Position numbers and translations under genes: made by a program. Source: Klebsormidium nitens (lineage: Eukaryota; Plantae; Klebsormidiophyceae). Taken from it: a DNA stretch of 64,000 nt. Position 1 is the stretch's first letter, and each line of letters begins with the position of its first letter. Of the stretch, positions 12,681 through 23,500 are shown piece by piece. Location: contig DF237267.1 of NCBI GenBank assembly GCA_000708835.1, positions 1 through 64,000 on the forward strand, in the 5' to 3' direction. A model generated the notes under the pieces. That model ran no database searches. It saw nothing but the letters and a program-made list of their open reading frames with translations, and was not told where the DNA came from.

Positions 12681-13505
12681 ATGATGAATCCTGGAAGCTC
12701 CTTTGCAGACCTGTGCGACGACCTAATCTGCCTGATCCTGGACAAGCTCAGCACGTCGGGGCGGTCAGATATCCCTGGATCGTTCCAGGCGCTCGCGAGC
12801 TTCGCCTCCGTGTCCGCGCACCATAGGCGCCTCGTGAGAGATGAGGTATGGGAGGGCGCCTGCAGGAAGGCTCTGCCTGTGGTGTGCATAACCCTTGCGC
12901 CGCTCAAGGGACAAAAGAAGAGCCCGGGGGACGTCGGCTGGGCAAGCTTCGCCAAGCTGCTGACGTGGTGCCCTGGAAACGAAAGAACGGAAGCGGATGA
13001 GCTGAAACCGCCGGGGTTTGCAGCAGAACTCTCACCGGAAAGAATAAGGGCACACTTGTGTCGCTGGCGGCAATATGACGCTTGGTGTGTCAATTTTGAC
13101 ACCGTCTTCAAGAAAGGCTCCCGGTGCACGGAAACTCTGGTGCTCTGCTGCGTCGGTTTACACCGGCGCAGTACTCACAACGGTGATCGCGTCGTCGTGA
13201 CGCGGATATTTCGAGGCATCATGGACTCGCCTGACGCATGGGCCTTGAACCACAGCATCAATCTGTCGGACCTGAGGGAGACGGCACGATCTGAAGAACT
13301 AACAGCTCATGGGGAAGAATGTTCCCGTTGCCACTTCTGCCCCGCTTTGATGCAGAAGATTCCAGAGGAAGCCTTGCGTTGGACTTCCAGAGTGGACCAC
13401 TTCATGCAAGCAACTCTCTGTACGAACGGCCATTTCTGGGCTATCCACAAGTATAAGTTACAACTGTCCACCTCAAGAGCATGCGCATGGGAGGATGGTG
13501 CTTGA
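12681..13505 (+). CDS. EID1-like F-box protein (274 aa, intronless)
   Basis: N-terminal F-box-like LCDDLICLILDKL...FASVSAHHRRLVRDEVWEGAC, then GWASFAKLLTWCPG and C-terminal CTNGH. These match plant EID1/EDL family motifs (WxALxKLLxxCxG, CxNGH). Confidence 0.78.
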   Translation: MMNPGSSFADLCDDLICLILDKLSTSGRSDIPGSFQALASFASVSAHHRRLVRDEVWEGACRKALPVVCITLAPLKGQKKSPGDVGWASFAKLLTWCPGNERTEADELKPPGFAAELSPERIRAHLCRWRQYDAWCVNFDTVFKKGSRCTETLVLCCVGLHRRSTHNGDRVVVTRIFRGIMDSPDAWALNHSINLSDLRETARSEELTAHGEECSRCHFCPALMQKIPEEALRWTSRVDHFMQATLCTNGHFWAIHKYKLQLSTSRACAWEDGA

Positions 13506-14580
13506 GCAACACCAAGTCGTGATAGGCCTTTTCTAGTGCTTTGGACAATATTCTCTGGCCACGTTTTAGCAGGTTTTTCATGGTGATGAACATGAATAGC
13601 TTCAAGAAAGAGCTCTCGTAATGCCCGACAAGATGCTATGATGAGAAAGGTCTGTTCGATTTGAAATTGGACCTTCAGCTCCTAAGGTCGAAGATCTGTT
13701 GGCGCTCAAAGATTTGTAAAGTGCATGTGCAACGCAACCGGATCATTCAAAACCCTGAATATCTAAGCTCGTACGTTGCATACTCACCTGCATATGTCAG
13801 TGATTGCGGTTTGGTTTGTATCAGATTCAAAGCTGAGCCTGAGACTGTGCAGTAATCTTGTGCAACTACGTGCCGTACCACCTGCAATCCGCTTTCGTAT
13901 CGAAGGATGTGCGGGACCACTCCTCTGTCGAGTACAAAAAGTGTCCTGGATGTGTCGTTCGAGTTCAACCATCAGCATATATTGGAGGCGCGCGCACATA
14001 CACATGTCGGTCTCAAGTAGCTAGAAAGATACTACTGGTGTACGGTCGCCTGGCTCTACGAGATCCGATAGGCCTTAATAAAAGCTCCGAAGTGCTTACA
14101 TGGAAGGATGCCACGTACACGGAAACCCAGACGATTGCCATCGGAGTCATGGTTGCGCACAGAACCTGCCTCATACCTGGCCTTACAAGCCATGTCTGTC
14201 GAAGCAGATTATAAGCCGATATAAAAGCTAACAGCAAAGTGTTTCTGCACCACCTACTGCGTGTTCCAGTCAATCTAACACCGTTAGAAACCCGTCTCAA
14301 TTGTTCCGTCAGCGGTCTCAACTCAGTCAACCTGCTAATATACCCTACGCACCACAAATGTTCCAGCGATGTACTGCTATCCTACCGTCCCGTAAGGGCC
14401 CAATGTGCAATTTTCTTGCGCGCTATCCGCTTGCATGCCTTCTATTCTCTATAATTAGCTGAATCGTTTCGTTTCAGGCATGGAACACGCGATTAGCCCC
14501 CTCTTGTCTTGATTTTTAATTACCAGAAAGAGTGACAATTGTGCGAGTCAGCGTAACATTCCGTGTTCCTTGCGTGCATC

Positions 14581-17500
14581 TCAAACTTGGTGCAATCCGT
14601 GCCTTCGTGCGTTCCGAGCTTTCCGTTTCCGGTTCTTGAGGAGCTCCGCCTCCTTACTCGACGTGCTTTCCCCAAGAAGCCTCTCGGCAAAAGCGCTAGA
14701 GTATGACTCCTGCAAAACAACAAGGAGAGGACCTTTGTCAGAAGGGAGCATAAAGTATATTGTGAGCCCACCAGCCATAGTTCTTTTCCTACATCTCATA
14801 AGTACAGACTCGTATGCCACAGCTTTCTCGCCCTTCATTTCCCCAAATTGTAACTGCTCTCAAAACGTAAAGCGAAACGTGTCAAACGCAAACGCTTTCG
14901 TAAGCACTTCAGTTCCACGAGCGCGTAGATGACGCGGTGAAACAACACTATACTATCCTTTCTTGAGCAAGATGCAGAAGATCCTTGTACTCCTCTTGCG
15001 TCATTGCGAAATTTCATCCTGTTTATGAACTGCCATTATAAAAAATAACAAGCAGATCCTTCGGGAACTCACCTGAGACGTCCGTCGCCGGCATTGCCTC
15101 ACGATGTTGCCCCCGGCATCGATCAGCTCCCTCCCGACCAACTCCTCAGAGCAGTCCCCGAGCGCCGACTCGCTCTCCTCGGGGCTTTCCTCCGAGTCCT
15201 CACTTTCCCGAACCTCTTCCGCTTCCGCGGCGGCATTCCGCTCTGCGACGGCCGCCAGGAGCCGTCGCATGCCCCTGACGTCACTCACGGCGCCAAACAC
15301 GCCGGCGCCGTCCGTCATGTGGAGGTCAACGCTGACGAGCCCCGGTTGATCCTCTCCGAGGAGGTGTCTGTGCGACGCCGAAGTTGGGGCAGTCGTAACC
15401 GGGGGCGAGTCCGCCCGGTAACACTCCCCGGTTGGTCTGTCGCAACTCCCCGGGCAGCAGCTCGCGACGGTTCCCGCGGCGTTGTAGCAAGTCGTGTAGC
15501 CCAACAAGTAGGGGCACTCGGGGGGCGTCAGGACCGCGAAGTTCTGGCGGTACTGTGACGTCATCATCGAGCTCAGCAGGACGCAGGACTGCGTGGCGGA
15601 GCAGTCCGGGTTGCAGCACGACGGGATCGTGCCGTCGGCGTTGTAGCACGTGGTGTAGCCGAGCCAATAGGGGCACTGAGTGAGCGGCGTGTCTTGGCTT
15701 GGGGAAGGCGAGGGGGATCCCTCCGGCGAAGGAAGCGGGCTGTAAGAAGGGGAGGGGGAAGGGACCGAAGGAGATTGGGGGGATTGGGAAGGGGAAGACG
15801 AAGCCCCCGGTTGAGGAGACGAGCTGGGGGAGGCAGAAGCTCCAGAGGTTGGGCTCGCATGAGCGGACGGAGAAGGTTGAGGGCTTGACGAAGGTGACGC
15901 GCCAACGCTTGGCGAGGGTTGGGGGCTTGGGGAGGCCGACGCGGGCGGGCTCGCGGACGGCGAGGTCTGGGGGCTTTGCGAGGGTTGCGCTGAGGGCGAC
16001 GCGCGCGCGCTCGTGCGACGGCGAACCGAAGGCGACGCGCGCGCGCTGGGCGACGGCTGCGCTGACGCCGAGGGTTTGGGCGACGCGCTGGCCGACGGCC
16101 GCGGCGAGGGCGAGCTTTGGGGGCTTGGGCTGGGCGACGGAGCCGCGGCGACCGTCACCGGGATGGTCAGGTAAATGTCGGCGCCGTTCTGGCCCGGTTG
16201 CACGGTGAAAGTGGGCGACCAAGACTGCCCCTGGTAGGAGATTTGCGCCCGGTAGTCGCCGTAAAAGCCGCGGTAGGCGAAACCCGCGCCGGAAGAACCG
16301 GTCGTCCCGGTCTGCCCGGTGGTGCGCCACTCGGAGAGGAGGAGCTGGTCGACGCGCGCGCCCGAGGGCTTGTTGGAGAAATCGCCGTTAACAGAGCAAC
16401 TGGGCGGAAAGAGATAAGAAGAGATCACAACAGGTTCTGCTAAAAGGGATGCTTGTTCTCAGTGTCCTTCGGGGCTTGATCCGCTACCGTCAACTTTCCA
16501 CTGATCCTTCAAGGAAGCATCCTCAAATATCGACGCGGACGTCGAAAGCAGGAGGTCCCCGCTTCGAAGAGTCGGAAGTGGCAGAACCGCAGAGCAAACT
16601 CTAGGAAAGCATAAAAGAAACCGTTCCATATGGCGGAACACTCTCGCCGATCGTGTCTTGTGCAGGCACAGTCTTTGCACGCGAACACTCAAGTGCGTTG
16701 CGACTCATTCTCTTCGCACGGCTCACATACTGAGGACAATATACAAGCCCAGAACCATCGCAGAATAATGCCAGGTGGCCGCTTCTGCCTCTGGGACTAC
16801 ATCCGCCGGGGGCTTACACTTGACACTCGAAGGGCCCCTCCCAAACGGTCCACGCCATAATTCCGTGCACTCCGGGGTGCGCAAAATACTCCCGGTAGGC
16901 GTACTCCAAATAGTCGGCCTTGGTGTTCTCGTCCGTTTCGGACGAGTCCATCTCCGTGATCCAGATCGGACGTCCGTGGCTGGCCAGCCGGTCCAGCTCC
17001 GCGCGCAGCTTGAACGCTTGGACGGGGTTGCCGAAGTGGGACTGGCAGCCGAAGCTGACCTGTGGTTAAGAAAAATTTGGGTCTAAGTTAAGGTTTCTGC
17101 GCAAACTTCCAAAGTGGGACTGGCAGCCGAAGCTACCCTGTGGTCAAGGAAAATGGGGGTTGAGTTCAGATCCTGCGCGAAGTTTGGACGCTTGGACCGA
17201 GCAACCAATGTGGGACTGCCAGCCCGCTGACCTGCGATTCAGAACTACGGAAGGATGTTTTCAAATTGCACAGGTCCATATGCGGCGGGGCTGCAAATTT
17301 ATTCAAGATCTTAAAATAGAATTTTGTATGGTCGTTAAACGGCCCGCTCGAAGCAGAACCAAGCCGTCCTATCTCATCTGCTTTTAAGTTATCCAAATCA
17401 TGTGTCCTTTTGTGTGCGCGTATTATAAGGCGCCGAGAAGGCTGTGCAGAAAGATTCGTCTCCAGGCATCTAAACGCTATAGCAACGGAGGCAAGTCTTA

Positions 17501-20500
17501 CATAGCTTTCTGACCCGGCCCGCATACCATCTCTATACGAACTGCCCACAACATATTTCAGCGATGTTTTGAAGCAGCTTGCCGCGGACGGAACCGGGAC
17601 CTCGTGTGTAAACGGAACGGAAGCCCACCTGACTCCCCCACGCCTCGATGCTCTGCGCCTGCGCGATGAACGTGTCCGGGTTTGCGGCCGCGTCGCACTC
17701 TTCCAGGACATTAAACTCATTGATGAACATTTGGACGTTCGGGTCGAGCTGTTGGGTCGTCTGGTACATCCACTGTTGGATCCCCGAGCCCAGAAGCGGC
17801 GGGTAGTAGTCGGGGTGAAGCGCCTCGTTGTCGACGTCCCAGTGCTTGAACCGGCCCTTGTACCGGGGCACGACCTGCAGGACGGTCGATCTCAGTAAGG
17901 TTCAGGAATGATAGGCCCCCGGCTAGAATTGAAACCAAAACCCAAAAACTACCTGCTCCGCACCCCTAACCCCTCTGTATTTGCTAAACGCAGCCGTACC
18001 GCCCCGAAACTAAGCCCGCCCATCTCAAGGTTGTTGATCTTGCAGCTTGTAAGTTCTGAACTCAACTTTCGTACGTCCTGCGTGTTCTGGGCATTCATGA
18101 ATCATGGAGAGCCCCATGCATTCTTTACATAACATTCATGTACATCGCCAACATTCAAACATTCTTAGCCAACTCCAAAATGTGCCTAGCCTTACCTTGT
18201 GGCTTTGAAGGCTTTGTACAGTGGGCACGGGTGACGTATCCTACAACTCCAGCAGCAATTTGCTCCACCAGGTTTACCTTGGGGTTGAGGTGCAGTATTA
18301 TTACACTGGTGGGTGTAAGTAAAATGATTTTTTCATGGTAGACAAGTAAGCGACTTACTTGCGTGATCCGGGTGTTCATGGCCGCCCGGAGCTGGTCGGT
18401 GGGGAGTGACATCACCCAGGGCTGCTGCGCGCGCGGGCTCTCCCAGAAGACGGTGTGGCCCCGGACGGAGATGCCGTTGTTGATCGCCCAATCGGTCATC
18501 GCGTCCGCGTCACTGCAAAATTTGCAGAGAGTTCGTCAGGGTAAAATCTTGTGCTTAAGCGGATGACACGTGGCGATTATCGCCGCTTCGAGAAAGCCGG
18601 GGGGAAACTTTCGTCTGAAGCTGCTTCTGTGGACAGTTCGTCTTAGTCAGGCAGTCACAACGGATCAGCGGATCAAGTCCTCTTTTCTGTTCGTCTTAGT
18701 CAAAGACGTTGTTATCAAATTCATGAGGTTTTTCAGTGTTCCAGAAGCCCAGAGCACAGCATATTTTAGTCTGCACCTTGACAAAGTATCTGCAGATGAT
18801 TCCTTACTTGCAATCGAACTCGCTGATGTCTAGGATCCCCCAGAGAAGCGATTTTTTGTGAAACATTGAAATAGGTAGGCGAGAAAAGCAAGCATACCCG
18901 TAATTGTATTCTCCCTGTTTCCACGGCTCCGTGTGGTACCACTTGGCCTCGTTCTCGAAAACCACCCAGTTAAACCGCTGCTTAACCCAGTTTTGGTACT
19001 GGGTGTTTTGGGGGAGCTGGTAGTTGATGGCGACTCCAAAGGGGAACGCTTGCTTGGTTTGGTCGACTTGGACGTTCGCGTTAGGAACCGGGTTACCGTT
19101 GCTGTCTTGGACGTGCACGCGGACGTCCGTACGCCGGATCTGCATGCAGAGTTTTGTTGTAAGTCATTGGTGGAAGAATGCGTCAGTTGAAATATGTCGC
19201 TCGCGCAGAAAAATAAAAGAGGAAATATCCTGTCAAGAAGCGACGTATGAGCAGAGATTTACGGTTTTGGTTGTGTGTCGTGTCCCTTGCTGATGAACAG
19301 GCGGCTCGTAATAGAGAGTTTCTCCTGTGCGCCTTGTTTTCAAGTCGGTGGCTCAGAGGGGAAACCTTCATGGGTGCGGTATTTCGCAAACTTCACCGTT
19401 GCGGATAAGATATGATGTCTCTGACTTTGCGACTTCACAACGATGCTTTGCAGTAATCGGACTGCAAAGTGACATGTTTTCGAAAATCACGGATATCAAC
19501 CAGTAAACAGATGGTAATGGCTTGCCTGGTCCGTGCGCGCGTTCACGTCCGCGAGCCACGACGCGCGCGTGATGGGTTGCATGTAAAAACCCCGGATGTG
19601 AATATCCACCCCCGGGGCTGGCCCCTGGAGGTAAATGTTGACCCGGTCCGCGCCTTTCTGGTGTGTATACCCGCCGTTTAGCTGGGTCCAGCATCCCCCG
19701 GTCAGTGCGATCTGACCCCCGCAGTAGTAGTTTGTGTTTCCGCCGATCGTTACGGAGATCGCGATCGCGATCCGGGCGGTCTGGCCGGCGGGGATGGAGA
19801 TCCAGGAGGAGAGCCTGGAAGGGGTGACGTCGGCATGGCGTCAGTATGTATGCCTGTCTGAGCTGTTCACCGACAAACTGACAAAAGAGTTTCTTCATAC
19901 GACTTCAGTGGACCTGTTACCGGAGCGACCATTCTAGCATTCAGAAAGCGGAGAATGGTTGCCCAAGGATCTCATCATTTTATTCATTCCGTTGCTTACA
20001 GATTGCCGGCGCGCGCAATCAATAACTCATAGGGAAAATCATATTCAGAAAGCGGGTACTGCTGACACAAAGCCCAAGCAACTTTACAGCTTCGTTTTTG
20101 ATGTTCGCACGGGGCTGAAGCCCTTCCAAATCCAATTTGTGGGAAAGTGCGCATCAAAAGAGGATTGTACGCGACAATCGATGTCCAGAACACTTGCATC
20201 GGAGACTTACTTGTAGAATGTTCCGACGGAAAGCGATCCGGTAACGTCCCAGGAGGGGCTCGAGAACTCCTGGCCCCGGTTGGAAGCAACTACGTATGTT
20301 CCGTCACCGGAGATTCCCAGATCGACCTGGCCGAACTTGCTCCAGCCGCTGGGGACCCCGTTCTGGAAGCCGTTGGCGATGATGGTGTTGGATGACACGG
20401 GGTTGTTGAGCGAGTTGGGGCACTGCGCAAAGAATACTTCTGGTGTCAATCTCAGGCCTCTCCACCGCACAATCTGAGACTCATCCACTAACAAGCTGGG

Positions 20501-23500
20501 AAGTTATCCTCGGATTTACCTCACTAGGAGCCACCGATGCTTATCAAGCGGAGAAGCAAACCAAGAACATGGTTTGAAAGACAATAAAGTGAAGACGCAA
20601 GGAGCGTTGTGCTCGTCGGACTCTTGATTCCGCAAAGACTGCTTTTATGCACTCCGGATCACAGGAGCTTCCAATTCGCATGAACCCGTTTTCCAGAACA
20701 TGAGTAAAAAGTTTGCGTGTTCAGCGTCGTTCATCTTCTCACCATATTCCCTGGCCCCCCAGACCCGCCGCCCCCTGACGTCAGCACGATCTCAGCCACC
20801 ATGACGTATACGTCCACCCCGGACGGCGGGCCCTCCACGTACATCGTTATCGTATCGGCGGGAGAGGATACCGTATACGCCCCCTTGAGCTGCGTCCAGC
20901 ACCCGGTTTGCGCCGTACCGGACGCGACGTTAGTGTAAACGTCAGAGCCGCCGCCGAGGCTGGTGTGCATGGTGAGCTTTACCGAGGGGCTCCCCGAGGA
21001 GACTTGAAGCAGGACTTGGGCGGTGTAGGTTGCGCCTGAACGAAGAAACATAGTAACATGGATATAGGACTAGTACCAGCTTCGTGCAAAAACGACGAAA
21101 CACATTATCTTAGGCGGAGGAGACTCGGAGCAGGACTTGAGCGATGTAGATTGCGCCTGGAGGAACAATGGTTGAAGAGATCGGCACCCTGCTTTTTGTG
21201 CAGCGTTGTGCACCTTTTCGCTCTTTTCGCTAACAGGTAATCGTAACCATTTATGTTCCAAGGCAAGAATGATGGTACCCACCTCAGAAGAAGATGCGTG
21301 GGAGGAAATCTGATACAGTTGGTCGGGTACAAACGAGGTCCTTGAGTTACCGCAATCTCAACATTCTAAGAGCATAGACCGCGAGCACAGGAAACTCGTG
21401 AAAAACTCATGAGTTTCTTGGCTTAGAGAAGCTTCGCTGCTCTTCAACAGAGGCGAAAGTCTTCGCATTTTACGCACCTCAATCAAGCTTGATAATTCAT
21501 ACGTAGAGAAAACTTATCGGATCCCTTACCTTGAGAGAGTTTGCTGCTAAGGTCCCAGGACGGTCCGTTGAACGACGCCGTACGTCCGGATCCAATAGCG
21601 TATGTCTGGTCCGAAGAGATCTTGAGCTGGCAAGCGAAGCAAGACCACCCGGCGGGCGGGCCGCCCAGGAAACCCGGGCTGTAGATCAGGTTGGTTCCGG
21701 AGACGGCGTCATTGGAGGAGCCGGAGCACTGCGGAAACGGAACGGGGAGAACTTCGTTATCATCGCGTGAAAACTTGGTTTTTCTGCTTCAGAGATGGAA
21801 ATGATCTGAGAAACAAGTGGGTCAGCAGCGAACGGTAGTGGAGCGTCATCAAAGAGGTGGTTTTCAGGACATGACGAGATGTTTTGCCAAAGAAAAAAAG
21901 GAAGGTTACGACACGGGAACACCTTAATAGTCAGTCTGTAAAGACGTTCATGGGTTCTGCCGTAACCACTATGGCTGTGCTCATCTTCTTTCCAGAGTTG
22001 CATAAAGCTAGGAACGAACGAGCGGTTCTGAATCTTTCTGCGGAGTAGAGTAAGCAACCCGAGGAATTAGTCTCAAAACCGAGTAAGCTTTTAGCAACGA
22101 AATTGTCGTGCAAATGGATATATTCGACCACGATACTTACCACGTTCACATTTGCTCCAGAGCTTCCCCCGGAGCTTCCCCCTGAGCTCCCCTGCGCAAA
22201 CGCGGCCGGCGACTTCACATACTCGTCCGTTCCGCCCGGCGCCCCTTCCAAATACACCACAACGGAATCCGCCGGACCGTCCAAAGTGTACGTTCCGGAG
22301 ATCTGCGTCCAGCACCCCGCGGACGCCTGGCCCTGCCCGACCGGGATATACGTGGTGCTCGACCCGCTAGTCTTCCTCGCGGTCAGTTTCACCGTGGAGG
22401 AACCGCTAGAGAGTTGCGCGTAAACTTGGACGGTCACGGGCTGTCCGATAGAAACCCGGTTAGTGAGGTCCCAACTGGGGCCCTGGTAGGCCGCGGTGCG
22501 ACCGGTAGCTTGGGTGTAGGACCGGTCGGAAGAGAGCGCCAGGGAGCAGCCGATGCAGGACCACCCGCTTTGCGAGGATGACGTGTCAATGAGGTTGGAA
22601 CCGGTGATGCCGTTGGTGCTGGAACCGGAACACTGCAAGAGGAGATACTAGGTTTCATTGGGTGCCGAATGGATCAAATCTGTCGAAGCTCAAATTCGAG
22701 AATTGGTGAAAGATCGTCATTGCAAAATCTAAGCAATTCGTCGAGGGGATTCCAGAGAGGATTCAAAGCTTGAGAAGTGCCGTTCCCAGCCCACATCGTT
22801 AGATCTGCAATCGAAGCTGATTGGAGCGTAAGAGCATGAGAGCTCTCCTACTCCACTTATTCGAATCAAAGGAGAACAGCTTTTCGAATTGTGATGACTC
22901 GAGGCTGCTATAAAGTGGAAATCTGCCTTCACATCTCCCGCAGCAGACTTCTCGAGCCTTTTCCAAATACATTGCCGTGAAGCCGTTGGTTACGAAACGA
23001 CATTGCGAAGCAGAATACATTCGCACTCACGATGTTGCTCGGGGCCGACCCCGGTGCTGACGTGGCCGCCGGCGTCGCCGCCACGGCGGCCGGGAACAGC
23101 GCCGCCGTCTGGATATAAACGTCGCTCCCCACGGGCGCCCCCTCCAGATACATAACCAGGCTGTCGGCGGGCCCCGATAGCGTATACGTCCCCCTGAGTG
23201 TGGTCCAGCACCCGGCGCTCGCTTGGCCGGTACCAACCGGGTCGTAGCTCAACTGTCCCCCCACTGTTCGTTTCATGGTGATCGAAACCGCGGAGCTACC
23301 GGCAGCAAGTTGTACCGACACCTGGGCGGTGTAACCCGTGCCTTGCGTCAGCAGAGACGTTACGTCCCAGGCCGGCCCGGCGAACGTCTGCTGCCGCCCG
23401 GTGACGAGAATGTAGCTGGCGTCACTGCTGACGGTGACCGTGCACGTGCCGAAACTGGTCCAACCGGTCGGGAGACCGGCCAGAAAGCCCGGGTTGGCGA

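Noticed and set aside
13600-14500. Short ORFs as a possible transposon
   Set aside because: No transposase or RT motifs, TIRs or LTRs were seen.
15094-16443. Many overlapping 80-330 aa ORFs in several frames
   Set aside because: These are stop-poor shadows of the GC-rich xylanase exon 15 and show no independent motifs.
19368-19898. 176-aa Arg-rich minus ORF
   Set aside because: It is an off-frame reading of CBM5 exon 19814-19526.
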